From: Eubacteriales bacterium
GTDB lineage: Bacteria > Bacillota > Clostridia > Oscillospirales > CAG-272
Length of the DNA: 58,296 bases
Assembly: GCA_045614625.1 (NCBI GenBank)
Contig: JAZLDE010000147.1
Location: forward strand, 1 to 58,296
Direction: 5' to 3'
Numbering within the stretch: the stretch's first letter is position 1; each line of letters begins with the position of its first letter. The notes under the pieces are model-generated. The model was given only the letters and a program-made list of their open reading frames with translations, was not told the origin of the DNA and did not search any database. Positions 8,912 through 19,454 of the stretch are shown here, piece by piece. Made by a program: the position numbers and the translations under genes.

Positions 8912-11347
8912 TTAGGAGCGCTTGGGCATTTTCTGCAGGTTCCAGATGCGCTGTGCGTACTCCTCAATGCTGCGGTCGGCGGCAAAGTGGCCGGAGGCGG
9001 CAATGTTGAGCAGCGACATGCGGTTCCACTTCTGCTTATCAGCGTAGTCGCGAATCATCTGGGCGTGCGTCGTGCGGTAAGACTCGTAGTCGGCAAGGCA
9101 CAGATAGGGGTCTGCGATGCCGTGCTCGCCCGACAAGAGGTAGGAAGCAAGGTTGGCAAAGCTTTCACCGGCAAAGCCGATGTTGAGTTGGTTGACGATG
9201 TGGGAAAGCCCGATATTGTTGGCGTAGAACTCGGTCGAACGGTAGCCGCGCAACCAGATGGATTCGACCTCGGCGGCGGTCAGGCCGAAGATATACATGT
9301 TGTCCGCACCTGCGGCAGCCTGCATTTCGACGTTCGCACCGTCCAACGTGCCGATGGTCAGCGCACCGTTCATCATGAGCTTCATACAGCCCGTGCCGCT
9401 TGCTTCCTTTCCTGCCAGCGAGATCTGTTCACTGATCTCGGCAGAGGGAATGAGCGCTTCAGCCAGGCTGACGTTGTAGTTTTCCAAAAAGACGACGTTG
9501 AGTTTTTCCTTGATTTTGGGATGGCGCTCGATGTCGGCGCTGATATAGCAGATCAGACGAATGATCTCTTTGGCCATGGCGTAGCCGGGGGCTGCCTTGG
9601 CGGCGAACATGAAGGTCTGGGGCTGCATCTCTATATCGGGATTTTCCTTGAGCTGCAGGTAAAGGCCGATGATATTCAGCGCGTTGAGCAGCTGGCGCTT
9701 GTACTCGTGCAATCTCTTGATCTGCACGTCAAAGACGGAATGGGTATCGATCAGCTGACCCGTCTTGCGATAGAGCAGATTGGAGAAGTTGATCTTGTTC
9801 TGGTGCTTGATGGCGCGCAGACGCTCGAGTACGGCGGGATCGTCGGCAAACTTAGAAAGCTCCGAGAGCTGCTCAGGCGACTTGCGATAGCCGTCACCGA
9901 TGCAATCCTCAATCAACCCGGCCAGTGCAGGGTTGGAGTAGCACAGCCAGCGGCGGTGCGCGATGCCGTTGGTGACGTTGGTGAAGCGGTCGGGATACAT
10001 ACGGTAGAAATCCTTGAAGGTGGATTCCTTGAGAATGCCGGAGTGCAGCTTGGAAACGCCGTTGATGCAATGCGAGCCGACGACGGAGAGGTTTGCCATG
10101 CGGACCTGTCCGTGACCGAGAATACTCATCTTGGAAATGCGGTCCCAGTTGCCGGGGAAGGCATCCCATGCAGCGCGGCAGAATCTTTCGTTGATTTCGC
10201 GGATGATGGTATAGATGCGAGGCAGCTTGAGGCGGAACAGATCCTCGTTCCAGGTTTCCAGTGCCTCGGGCATGACGGTGTGGTTGGTGTAGGAAACGAT
10301 ACGCTGTACCATATCCCATGCGTGATCCCAGGTGTAGAAATAATCGTCAATGAGGATGCGCATCAGTTCGGGGATGCACAGAGCAGGGTGGGTGTCGTTA
10401 ATATGGATCGCCACCTTGTCGGGTAGATTGTCCAGCGTGCCGTAGACGGCCATGTGGTCGCGGATGATGCTCTGGCAGGAAGCCGATACGAGGAAGTACT
10501 GCTGGGTCAGACGGAGCAGCTTACCCTCGGCGTGGTTGTCCGAAGGATACAGCACCTTGGAAATGATCTCTGCGTTGGTTGCGTTCTCGACGGCGCGAGC
10601 ATACTGACCCTGCGTAAACAGGCTCATGTCAAACTTCTGCGTGTCGCGAGCGCGCCACAGTCGCAGCTGGCTGACGGCATCCGAGTCACCGCCCGAGATC
10701 ATCATGTCGTAAGGAACGGCTTCGACCTCCTCGCAGTTTTCGTACAGGATCTCCAGGTGACCTTCCTTCCAAACCTCCTTGACGTGTCCCCCCAACTTAA
10801 CCTTGAAGATACGGTCGGTGCGGGGCACCAGCCAGACCTCGCCACCCGGCAACCAAATGTCGGGCAACTCGACCTGCATACCGTCTACGATTTTCTGACG
10901 GAACAGACCAAAGTCATAGCAAATGGAAAAACCGGTTGCGGGATAGCCCAGCGAGGATAGCGAGTCCATAAAGCAAGCTGCCAAGCGGCCAAGACCGCCG
11001 TTGCCAAGGCCTGCATCAGGCTCGCATTCGTACAGCTCTTCCAGATTGGAACCAAGCTCCTTGAGTGCCTCGGCGTAGCCCTCGGCCAGTCCGAGATTGC
11101 CTAGATTGGTCTTGAGCGAGCGACCAAGCAGGAATTCCATGCACATATAGTACACTCTTTTGGCGCCTGCACGGTTGACGTCCTTTTTGAACGCGCCGCG
11201 CTTGTCGGTCAGCAAGTCACGAACCGTCATCGCGGTTGCTTTATACATTTGCTCGCACGATGCTTCGGCGGCGGTGCAACCAAAGTAGCGCGACAGCTTT
11301 TCTTCCAGATTCTTTTTGATTTCTACGGGGGTGGGATTCTGATTCAT
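8912..11347 (-). CDS. glgP: Glycogen/alpha-glucan phosphorylase
   Basis: Full-length phosphorylase similarity, including the PLP-lysine region EASGTGCMKLMMNGA. The track ORF begins at a TTG (11383); the ATG at 11347 (MNQNPTP...) is preferred. Confidence 0.93.
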   Translation of the reverse strand: MNQNPTPVEIKKNLEEKLSRYFGCTAAEASCEQMYKATAMTVRDLLTDKRGAFKKDVNRAGAKRVYYMCMEFLLGRSLKTNLGNLGLAEGYAEALKELGSNLEELYECEPDAGLGNGGLGRLAACFMDSLSSLGYPATGFSICYDFGLFRQKIVDGMQVELPDIWLPGGEVWLVPRTDRIFKVKLGGHVKEVWKEGHLEILYENCEEVEAVPYDMMISGGDSDAVSQLRLWRARDTQKFDMSLFTQGQYARAVENATNAEIISKVLYPSDNHAEGKLLRLTQQYFLVSASCQSIIRDHMAVYGTLDNLPDKVAIHINDTHPALCIPELMRILIDDYFYTWDHAWDMVQRIVSYTNHTVMPEALETWNEDLFRLKLPRIYTIIREINERFCRAAWDAFPGNWDRISKMSILGHGQVRMANLSVVGSHCINGVSKLHSGILKESTFKDFYRMYPDRFTNVTNGIAHRRWLCYSNPALAGLIEDCIGDGYRKSPEQLSELSKFADDPAVLERLRAIKHQNKINFSNLLYRKTGQLIDTHSVFDVQIKRLHEYKRQLLNALNIIGLYLQLKENPDIEMQPQTFMFAAKAAPGYAMAKEIIRLICYISADIERHPKIKEKLNVVFLENYNVSLAEALIPSAEISEQISLAGKEASGTGCMKLMMNGALTIGTLDGANVEMQAAAGADNMYIFGLTAAEVESIWLRGYRSTEFYANNIGLSHIVNQLNIGFAGESFANLASYLLSGEHGIADPYLCLADYESYRTTHAQMIRDYADKQKWNRMSLLNIAASGHFAADRSIEEYAQRIWNLQKMPKRS

Positions 11348-11401
11348 AGTAGGGAATAATTTACCTTTCTTTCGAATGAACAAATAAACAGAGCAGTCAC
11401 A

Positions 11402-12841
11402 TCACAGCGAATGATACATATCAAGATAACGCTCGGCAGATACGTTCCAGGAGAAATCGGTCTCCATGATCTTTTGAACGAGAGCCTTGCGCTCCTTTGT
11501 GTTTTCGTACAGCGCGATGGCGGAGCAGGTGCGCTCGGCCAGCTCCCAAGAGGAGTAGTTGGCGAACGTAAAGCCGTTGCCGTGGATATTGCCGTCCTCA
11601 TCCTTCCAGTATCCCTTGATGGAATCGTACAGACCGCCCGTTTCGCGGGTGACGGGAATGGCACCGTAGCGAGAGGCGATCATCTGGGACAGGCCGCAGG
11701 GTTCACTGCGAGAGGGCATGAGAAAGATATCTGCGGCGGCGTAAATACGCTTGGACAGATCGCGGTCATACTGGATCAGCGCGCGCACCTTATCGGGGAA
11801 CTGCGCTTGCAGGTCGAGGAAGAACTGCTCGTATCTTGCCTCACCCTTGCCGAGAATGACCAGCTGTGCGTTTTGCTCTTTCATTAGATTATACGCGATT
11901 TCGGTGATTAAGTCAAGACCTTTATGCGTAGCAAGACGAGAAATGATTGCCAAAAGCGGCACGTTTGCGTCCTCGGGCAGGCCCGTTTCACGCTGAAGTG
12001 CGAGCTTGTTGGCATATTTGCGATGAATGGAGGCTGCGCTGAAGTGCTGGGCGATAACGTTATCGGTCTTGGGATTGTAATAATCGTAGTCGATGCCGTT
12101 GAGAATACCGCGCAGCTTACCCGTGTGGTTACGCAGACAGTGATGCAGGCCGTGTGCGTATTCGGGCGAGAGGATCTCCTCGGCATAGCGGGGAGATACG
12201 GTGCTGACGCGATCGGCGCACTCGATGGCGGCCTTCATCAGGTTGATACAGCCGTCGTAGTTCATGAGCAGGCAATGCTCACATCCGATGGCAAATACGT
12301 CGCCCAAAATGGAGAAGTCGTACTTGCCCTGGTATTCGATGTTGTGGATGGTGAACACGGTACGGATATCACCGTAGCGGGCATCGTGACGGTAGTACAG
12401 GTTGAGATAGACCACCGAGAGGGCAGCCTGCCAGTCGTGAGCGTGAAGAATGTCCGGGTAATAATCCAGCTGACGCATCATCTCCATGACGGCGCGGCAG
12501 AAGTAGGCATAACGCTCACCATCGTCAAACTGACCGTACAGCGTGTCACGGGCAAAGTAATATTCGTTGTCGATGAAATAGTAGGTTACCTGATCCTTGA
12601 CCAGCGAGTAAACGGCGCAGTACTGGTTTCTCCAAGCCAGCTGGACGTTGAACTCAGCCTGCTTGGTCATCTGCGCACGCCACGCATCGGATACCTGCGC
12701 GTACAGCGGCATGACCACGCGAACGTCGACGTCTTTATCGGCGGCAGCGATGGCGGCCGGGAGCGAGCCCATCACGTCGCCAAGTCCGCCCGTAGCGGCA
12801 AAGGGCATAGCCTCGGCACCTACAAACAAAATCTTCTTCAT
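11402..12841 (-). CDS. glgA: Glycogen synthase (ADP-glucose type)
   Basis: MKKILFVGAEAMPFAATGGLGDVMGSLP is the canonical GlgA N-terminus. Confidence 0.95.
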   Translation of the reverse strand: MKKILFVGAEAMPFAATGGLGDVMGSLPAAIAAADKDVDVRVVMPLYAQVSDAWRAQMTKQAEFNVQLAWRNQYCAVYSLVKDQVTYYFIDNEYYFARDTLYGQFDDGERYAYFCRAVMEMMRQLDYYPDILHAHDWQAALSVVYLNLYYRHDARYGDIRTVFTIHNIEYQGKYDFSILGDVFAIGCEHCLLMNYDGCINLMKAAIECADRVSTVSPRYAEEILSPEYAHGLHHCLRNHTGKLRGILNGIDYDYYNPKTDNVIAQHFSAASIHRKYANKLALQRETGLPEDANVPLLAIISRLATHKGLDLITEIAYNLMKEQNAQLVILGKGEARYEQFFLDLQAQFPDKVRALIQYDRDLSKRIYAAADIFLMPSRSEPCGLSQMIASRYGAIPVTRETGGLYDSIKGYWKDEDGNIHGNGFTFANYSSWELAERTCSAIALYENTKERKALVQKIMETDFSWNVSAERYLDMYHSL

Positions 12842-12910
12842 AGCTTAATCTCCTTTTGCTTTGTTGAAACAGCCCGCTCGCGCCAGGCGCGAGCGGGTGT
12901 GGGTATCGGA

Positions 12911-14050
12911 TCAGACGAGAGCGCCTTTTTCGATGTAGAAGGGCATGGTCTCATGTCCTGCCAGCGTGCGACCGTCGCGAATGGTTACGTTCTTGTCGGT
13001 GATCACGCCCTGCAAGGTGACGTTGTTGCCGGTGTACGTGTTCTGAAGCAGAATGGAATTGCGGATGACGGTGCCGCGGCCGACGTGAACGCCACGGAAC
13101 AGAATGGAATTTTCCACTGTGCCCTCGATGACACAGCCGTCAGCGATCAGAGAGCCGGTGACCTTGGAACCGGGGGCGTACTTGGTGGGAGCGCTGTTGC
13201 GGACCTTGGTCAGAATGGGGAAGCCCTCCTGCTGGAACAGATCAGCGCGCACCTCGCCCTCCAAAAGCTTCATGGAGTTTTGGAAATAGTTTTCCATCGA
13301 GTTGATCTGTGCGCAGAAGCCCTCGAAGTAGGAAACGTGCAGCTTCCAACGATTGATGTTGGGACGCAGAACGTCGATATCAAAGCTGGACGCACCGTGA
13401 GCGGCCGCGTTTTCCAGCATGTTGCGCATAAAGGTGGTCTTCATGACCATGACGTTGATCATGACGGACTTTTCACCGAGATCGCTCGGGAGCGCGCGAG
13501 CATAGGAGGTCAGGCGGCCGTCCTCATCGCATTCGACCAGTACGTCGTCGCGATCGAGCATACCCTCGGTCACGGTCATCTTTTGTGCAACGAAGGTGAT
13601 GTCGGCGTCGTTTGCCAGATGCTCGTCGACCAACTGCTTCAGATCCATGTTACAGATGACGTTGCCGTCGCACAGAACGATCACATCCTCGGAGCAATGA
13701 CGTACGAAATCAAGCGTAGACATCATAGCGGCCAGGCGGGTGGGGAAGGTGGATTGGTGGTTGGTCAGCGGATCGTAGCCAGAGATCAGCGGGGGCAGCA
13801 TGCGGATACCGCCACTGCGACGCGCCAGATCCCAGTCCTTGCCCGTGCCGATGTGGTCAAGCAGAGATTTGTAGTTGAAGTCGGTGGCAATACCGATGTT
13901 GGTGATGCCCGCATTGACCATGTTGGACAGCGGAAAGTCGATCAGACGGTAACGGCAACCGAAGGGAACGCTGGAGAGAATTCTGCGGCGGGTCATTTCG
14001 GGCAGCTTGCCGCGGTTGAGATTGGATATAATCAAGCCTGCAATATTCAT
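12911..14050 (-). CDS. glgD: Glucose-1-phosphate adenylyltransferase, GlgD (regulatory) subunit
   Basis: Nucleotidyltransferase plus left-handed beta-helix layout. It is paralogous to the adjacent glgC and follows the Firmicutes glgC-glgD order. Confidence 0.85.
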   Translation of the reverse strand: MNIAGLIISNLNRGKLPEMTRRRILSSVPFGCRYRLIDFPLSNMVNAGITNIGIATDFNYKSLLDHIGTGKDWDLARRSGGIRMLPPLISGYDPLTNHQSTFPTRLAAMMSTLDFVRHCSEDVIVLCDGNVICNMDLKQLVDEHLANDADITFVAQKMTVTEGMLDRDDVLVECDEDGRLTSYARALPSDLGEKSVMINVMVMKTTFMRNMLENAAAHGASSFDIDVLRPNINRWKLHVSYFEGFCAQINSMENYFQNSMKLLEGEVRADLFQQEGFPILTKVRNSAPTKYAPGSKVTGSLIADGCVIEGTVENSILFRGVHVGRGTVIRNSILLQNTYTGNNVTLQGVITDKNVTIRDGRTLAGHETMPFYIEKGALV

Positions 14051-14062
14051 GGTGTTGCCTCC

Positions 14063-15247
14063 TTACAGTTCAGAAATCATTTTGCCATCGGGAACGACCG
14101 TGCCGGAGGGCACCTTGACACCCGTGCCGATGACGGTGATGTCGGTGGCACTCTCGCGGGGCGCGCCGACCTTGGCGCCTGCACCGATGTCTACGCCCTC
14201 GTCGAGGATGGCGTAATTGACCGTTGCGCCCTCACCAATGACCGTGTCGCCCATGATAACGCTGTCCTTGACGTAGGCGCCGTACATTACGCGAACACCC
14301 GAGCCAAGCACACAGTTTTTGACCGTGCCGTGGATCTCACAGCCCTCGGTGATGGAGGAGTTGTCGATGACGGCCGTCTTGCCGACGAACTGGGGCTCCT
14401 CAGCGTGGTGACGGGAGTAGATGCGCCAGGACTCGTCCGATACGTTGAGCACGGGCTCGTCACCCAGCAGATCCATATTAGCCTCCCACAGCGACTGAAT
14501 GGTACCAACGTCCTTCCAGTAGCCCTCGAAGGGATAGGCCATCATCTTTTCGCCTGCGGCCAGCATGTTGGGGATGATGTTCTTGCCGAAGTCGTTGGAG
14601 GAATTGGGGTCGGCCGCGTCAGCGTTGAGGTAGTCGAACAGCTTCTTCTTGTTGAAGATATAGATGCCCATGGACGCCTTGGTGGAGTCGGGATTTTTGG
14701 GCTTTTCGGTGAATTTGTAGATGGTGCCGTCCTCATGCGTACTCATGATACCGAAGCGACTAGCCTCCTCCAACGTTACCTCAAGCACCGCAATGGTACA
14801 ATCTGCTCCCTTTTTCTTGTGGAACTTGAGCATCTTGCTGTAATCCATGTGGTAGATGTGGTCACCCGAAAGAATGAGAACGTACTCGGCGTTGTATTGG
14901 TCGATAAATTCCATGTTCTGGTAAATGGCGTTTGCTGTGCCCTTATACCAGTCGGCACCGCTGTGGCCCTGATAGGGCGGCAGGATCTTGACGCCGCCTA
15001 CGTTGCGGTCCAGATCCCAAGGCAGGCCGTTGCCGATGTACTCGTTGAGCACAAGCGGCTGATACTGTGTGAGGACGCCCACGGTATCAATACCTGAATT
15101 GATACAGTTGGACAGCGGGAAGTCGATGATGCGGTACTTGCCGCCGAAACGAACGGCGGGCTTGGCTGTTTTCTTGGTCAGCGCGTACAGACGGCTGCCC
15201 TGTCCGCCAGCGAGCAGCATGGCGACACATTCTTTCTTTTGGTGCAT
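14063..15247 (-). CDS. glgC: Glucose-1-phosphate adenylyltransferase
   Basis: [40 protein letters not shown] is the classic GlgC motif block. Confidence 0.95.
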   Translation of the reverse strand: MHQKKECVAMLLAGGQGSRLYALTKKTAKPAVRFGGKYRIIDFPLSNCINSGIDTVGVLTQYQPLVLNEYIGNGLPWDLDRNVGGVKILPPYQGHSGADWYKGTANAIYQNMEFIDQYNAEYVLILSGDHIYHMDYSKMLKFHKKKGADCTIAVLEVTLEEASRFGIMSTHEDGTIYKFTEKPKNPDSTKASMGIYIFNKKKLFDYLNADAADPNSSNDFGKNIIPNMLAAGEKMMAYPFEGYWKDVGTIQSLWEANMDLLGDEPVLNVSDESWRIYSRHHAEEPQFVGKTAVIDNSSITEGCEIHGTVKNCVLGSGVRVMYGAYVKDSVIMGDTVIGEGATVNYAILDEGVDIGAGAKVGAPRESATDITVIGTGVKVPSGTVVPDGKMISEL

Positions 15248-15296
15248 GATGATTCCTCCTCATATGTGTTGATATATAAATGAATTAAAATTAGGG

Positions 15297-17231
15297 TCAG
15301 GACTTCTTTTTGACGCGTGTGGCGCGCTTTTTTGCGGGAATGCGGCGTAGCATGACGGCACTCATGCCGGGCAGATCAAAGCAGATGCGATGATCCATTC
15401 CATGACAGAGCACGGCCTCACTGGCGATGGGCGTGGCGTTGTGCAGGCCACCGCCGCCAAACTCCTTGGCATCCGAGTTAAAGATCTCCTCGTACTTGCC
15501 CTTTTTGGGAACGCCGACGTAAAAGCCACGACGCTCAACGGGGGTAAAGTTGAGAACAACGATGATGTCCTCACCTGTTTTGGGGTCGATGCGACGATAG
15601 GAATATACGCTCTCGTCGGCGTTGTCAGCGTCGATCCAGGACATACCGTCCCAGGAGTCGTCACACGCCCAGAGGGCAGGGTGCTCTAAATAGAAGTGGT
15701 TGAGCGCCGCGAAATAGCGTTGCATGGCGGCGTGCATTTCGTACTCCAGCAAAAACCATTCGATCTGTCCGTTATAGTCCCATTCACGGAATTGGCCGAT
15801 CTCGTTGCCCATGAAGTTGAGCTTTTTGCCGGGGTGCGTCATCTGCCATGCGTAGAATACGCGCTCGCCCGCAAACTTTTGCTCGTAGTGACCGGGCATG
15901 CGATCAAGCAAAGACAACTTGCCGTGCACCACCTCGTCGTGCGAGATGGGGAGCACGTACTGCTCGGAGAATACGTAGGAGAGCGAGAAGGTCATTTTGT
16001 TGTGACTGCCGCGGCGGAACAGAGGATCCAGCTTGGCGTAGGAAAGCGAGTCGTTCATCCAGCCCATGCACCACTTGAGCGAAAAGCCTAAGCCCTCGGG
16101 GGAGGTGACGCCGCCGAAATCGCCTGACTCCTCGGCAATGGTCAGTACGTCGGGGTGGGTGTGGCGCAGATAATCGTTCAGCTTTTTGAAGAAGGCGATG
16201 GATTCCAAATTGCGGTTGTCACCGTAGGCGTTGGGTTGCCATTCGTCAGGCAGCTTGTCGTAGTCCAGATACAGCATGGCGGCAACGGCGTCAACGCGCA
16301 GGCCGTCGGCATGGAATTGCTCGATCCAATACACGGCGCTTGAGATCAGAAAGCTCTGCACCTCCTCGCGGCCGACGTCAAAGCAACGGGTACCCCAGCC
16401 GCGATGCTCCATGCGGTCCTTGCCCTGATACTCGTACAGCGGCTGGCCGTCGAACTCGCACAGGCCATGGGCATCTTTGGGAAAGTGGGCGGGCACCCAG
16501 TCGAGGATGACACCGATGCCTGCCTCGTGCATGGCATCCACAAAGCCGCGGAACTCGTCGGGGTCGCCGAAGCGGGCGGTGGGGGCGAAATAGCCGGTCA
16601 CCTGATAACCCCATGAGCCGTCGTAGGGATGCTCCATGACGGGCATCAGCTCGACGTGCGTGTAGCCCATCTGCTTGAGATAGGGCGCAAGCTCGCGAGC
16701 AAGCTCACCGTAGGAAAGATAACTTCCGTCTTCGCGGCGTATCCAAGAGCCCGGATGAAGCTCATAAATGTTGATGGGCTGACGGCGGAACCCGTCGCCC
16801 GACATGGTCGCGGCTCGATGGGCAAGCCAACCCTCGTCGCGCCAGGTGTAATTTGAGGTGTAAAAGCGCGAGGCGTTAGCGGGCGGCAGCTCAGCGGCAC
16901 GCGCGTACGGATCGGCCTTATAAAGAACGCGACCGTCCATCGTTACGATGCGGAATTTATATAGCGCCCCTTGAGTAACGCCTGCGCAAACGGCTTCCCA
17001 AACGCCTGCTTCGGTGACGCGCCGCATGGGAGCACCTTCCTCCCAGTCACTAAAATCGCCTACGACGAACACGGCCGCGGCGTTGGGGGCCCAGACGCGG
17101 AAGACAACGCCGTACTCGGCTTGGTGTGCGCCCAGATAGTCGTCGGCGTGGAAGTTTGTCCCCTGATGAAGCAAAAACGGAGCCAGATCGACCACGGGCT
17201 GACTGTTGTTTATATGATTCATGGAGTTCAT
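15297..17231 (-). CDS. glgB: 1,4-alpha-glucan branching enzyme
   Basis: GH13 regions DWVPAHF, GLRVDAVA and IAEES are present. It is the first gene of the glycogen operon. Confidence 0.95.
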   Translation of the reverse strand: MNSMNHINNSQPVVDLAPFLLHQGTNFHADDYLGAHQAEYGVVFRVWAPNAAAVFVVGDFSDWEEGAPMRRVTEAGVWEAVCAGVTQGALYKFRIVTMDGRVLYKADPYARAAELPPANASRFYTSNYTWRDEGWLAHRAATMSGDGFRRQPINIYELHPGSWIRREDGSYLSYGELARELAPYLKQMGYTHVELMPVMEHPYDGSWGYQVTGYFAPTARFGDPDEFRGFVDAMHEAGIGVILDWVPAHFPKDAHGLCEFDGQPLYEYQGKDRMEHRGWGTRCFDVGREEVQSFLISSAVYWIEQFHADGLRVDAVAAMLYLDYDKLPDEWQPNAYGDNRNLESIAFFKKLNDYLRHTHPDVLTIAEESGDFGGVTSPEGLGFSLKWCMGWMNDSLSYAKLDPLFRRGSHNKMTFSLSYVFSEQYVLPISHDEVVHGKLSLLDRMPGHYEQKFAGERVFYAWQMTHPGKKLNFMGNEIGQFREWDYNGQIEWFLLEYEMHAAMQRYFAALNHFYLEHPALWACDDSWDGMSWIDADNADESVYSYRRIDPKTGEDIIVVLNFTPVERRGFYVGVPKKGKYEEIFNSDAKEFGGGGLHNATPIASEAVLCHGMDHRICFDLPGMSAVMLRRIPAKKRATRVKKKS

Positions 17232-17586
17232 GCTCCTTTGATCAAAAATATTGGCATAAATATATATTATATATTAACATATACATCAAACAAAATCAAG
17301 TTGCATCTTGAAATTTTATATAATTTTAACAAAAAAATCAGCAATACGCCGAGAAACAGTGACGAAAACAATGCACCGCTCTCCATAGCATACCCGAAAA
17401 CGTGAAAAAAATAACTCGAATTTGGGCGAGAGGGGATGTTTTTTTGCAAATATCATAAATTGTTCATATTTATGTCAGAGTTTGGACACATTGAAAAGGT
17501 ATTATTATTTGGGATATTTTGCGCTCGCGCTTGCGAGACGTAAGATTGTTTGCCGACACGATCGGCGAGAAAGGAAGGGAATCGGT

Positions 17587-18576
17587 TTGATCGAAGTAAA
17601 ACATCTGACTAAGACGTATGGAGACCACCATGCGCTCAAGGATATCAGTTTCAAGATCGCCAACGGAAAGATTTACGGATTGCTTGGCCCCAACGGTGCG
17701 GGTAAATCCACGACAATGAATATTATGACGGGTTGTCTTGCCGCCACGGCAGGTACAGTCAAGATCAACGGCTTTGACATCTACAAGGATGCGACCGAGG
17801 CCAAGCGCCTGATCGGTTATCTGCCCGAGCAACCGCCGCTGTACGAGGACATGACGCCCGAGGAATATCTGACGTTTGTTGCTGAGGCCAAGGGGGTACA
17901 TCCCGAGCGTGTGGGCAGACAGGTCAGAGAGGTCATGGAGCAGACGAATATTACCGACATGAAGGATCGCCTGATCCGCAATCTGTCCAAGGGGTGCCGT
18001 CAGAGAGTCGGTATCGCGCAGGCGCTGCTGGGCAGTCCCGAGATCATTATTTTGGACGAGCCGACGGTCGGTCTTGACCCCAGACAGCTGGTCGAGATCC
18101 GTGAGATGGTCCGCAAGCTGGGCGATAAACACACAGTCATCATTTCCAGCCACATCCTGGCCGAGGTCAGCGAGGTGTGCGATGAGCTGCTGGTGATCGC
18201 AAACGGTGAGCTGATCGCGCAGGGCGAGCTGTCCGTGCTGGAGGCTATGCTGGGTGATACCGATACGCTGCATCTGGTCGTTCGCGGCGATGAGGCGGGC
18301 GTTCTGGCGGTTCTTTACGGCATCGTTGCCAAGGAAAATTGCACTTTGCGTTCGGCAACCAAGGAGGGCGAGGTTTCCCTCGACATATCCATTCCCCGCG
18401 ATGGCGACGTGCGTGACCGCATTTTCTTTGCTATGGCTGATCGCCGCTATGCTGTGCTGACCATGGAAATTGAGCATAAATCGCTGGAAAACGTGTTCCT
18501 TGCCTTGACCGATCGCTCGGTTGAGCAGGCCGAGCCCGAAACGCAAGAAACGGAAGAGGAGGAGCAGGAGCAATGA
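17587..18576 (+). CDS. ABC transporter ATP-binding protein
   Basis: Walker A GPNGAGKST, signature LSKGCRQR, Walker B IIILDEP. The likely start is a TTG at 17587 behind a GGAAGGGA RBS, and the track ORF extends upstream. Confidence 0.9.
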   Translation: MIEVKHLTKTYGDHHALKDISFKIANGKIYGLLGPNGAGKSTTMNIMTGCLAATAGTVKINGFDIYKDATEAKRLIGYLPEQPPLYEDMTPEEYLTFVAEAKGVHPERVGRQVREVMEQTNITDMKDRLIRNLSKGCRQRVGIAQALLGSPEIIILDEPTVGLDPRQLVEIREMVRKLGDKHTVIISSHILAEVSEVCDELLVIANGELIAQGELSVLEAMLGDTDTLHLVVRGDEAGVLAVLYGIVAKENCTLRSATKEGEVSLDISIPRDGDVRDRIFFAMADRRYAVLTMEIEHKSLENVFLALTDRSVEQAEPETQETEEEEQEQ

Positions 18577-19439
18577 TCGCTATCTTCAAGCGCGAAATGC
18601 GCTCTTACTTTCACAATGTCATAGGCTTCGTTTTCCTTTCGTTGCTGTTGTTGGCGGCGGGTGCCTTCTGTGTCATTTTCAACGTTGCTCTCGGATCGAC
18701 CAATTTTGAAGATTCACTGTACTATCTGCAGCTGGCGTTGATCATTCTTGTGCCTCTTCTGACCATGCGCGCCATGACGGAGGAGCGCAGAACCCATACC
18801 GATCAGCTGCTGTATTCCTTGCCCTTGCCGCTGTGGAAGATCGTGCTGGGCAAGTACCTTGCCATGGTCGCTATGCTGACCATCGGCTGTGTCGTCATCG
18901 CGGTGTATCCCCTCATTTTGACTATGTTCGGCATGGACAATCTGGGAACGGCCTACGCTACGCTGATTGCCTTCTTCCTGCTTGGCGCGGCACTGATCGC
19001 CTTTTGCATGTTTTTGTCCTCGCTAACGGAAAATCAGCTGGTCGCCATGATTCTTTGCATCGTTGGTGTTCTGGTCATTTTCCTTTTGGACTCCTTTGTT
19101 ACTGTCTTTGCGGCTGCAGGCGCGGTCGTGTCTTTTATCGCGCTGATCGTGCTGGCGCTGTTGGCTGCCCTTGGTGTTTACGGATTGACCAAAAACGTAT
19201 ATTTTTCCTCTTTTGTCGCGATTCTTGGCGTTCTGCCCCAAATCGTGATCTTTCTGATCAATTCCTCGCTGTATGACGGCTTGCTTTACCGCACGGTTTC
19301 CGTGTTGTCGCTGTTCTACCGCTATACCGTATTCTGCAGCGGAATTTTCGATCTGACCACTATCATTTACGACGCATCGTTTGCAGCATTGTTTATCTTT
19401 ATGACCTGGTTGGTCATGGATAAGCGCCGCCGTGCGTAA
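18573..19439 (+). CDS. ABC-2 type transporter permease
   Basis: About 6 TM helices. The ATGA overlaps the ATPase stop codon. Confidence 0.75.
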   Translation: MIAIFKREMRSYFHNVIGFVFLSLLLLAAGAFCVIFNVALGSTNFEDSLYYLQLALIILVPLLTMRAMTEERRTHTDQLLYSLPLPLWKIVLGKYLAMVAMLTIGCVVIAVYPLILTMFGMDNLGTAYATLIAFFLLGAALIAFCMFLSSLTENQLVAMILCIVGVLVIFLLDSFVTVFAAAGAVVSFIALIVLALLAALGVYGLTKNVYFSSFVAILGVLPQIVIFLINSSLYDGLLYRTVSVLSLFYRYTVFCSGIFDLTTIIYDASFAALFIFMTWLVMDKRRRA

Positions 19440-19454
19440 AAGGAGGCATGCCAA

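Noticed and set aside
8810-10426. 538-aa ORF on the plus strand
   Set aside because: It is antisense to glgP, and the composition of its translation is non-protein-like.
11924-15097. 1057-aa ORF on the plus strand
   Set aside because: It is antisense to glgA, glgD and glgC, has no recognisable domains, and spans three real genes and their intergenic gaps.
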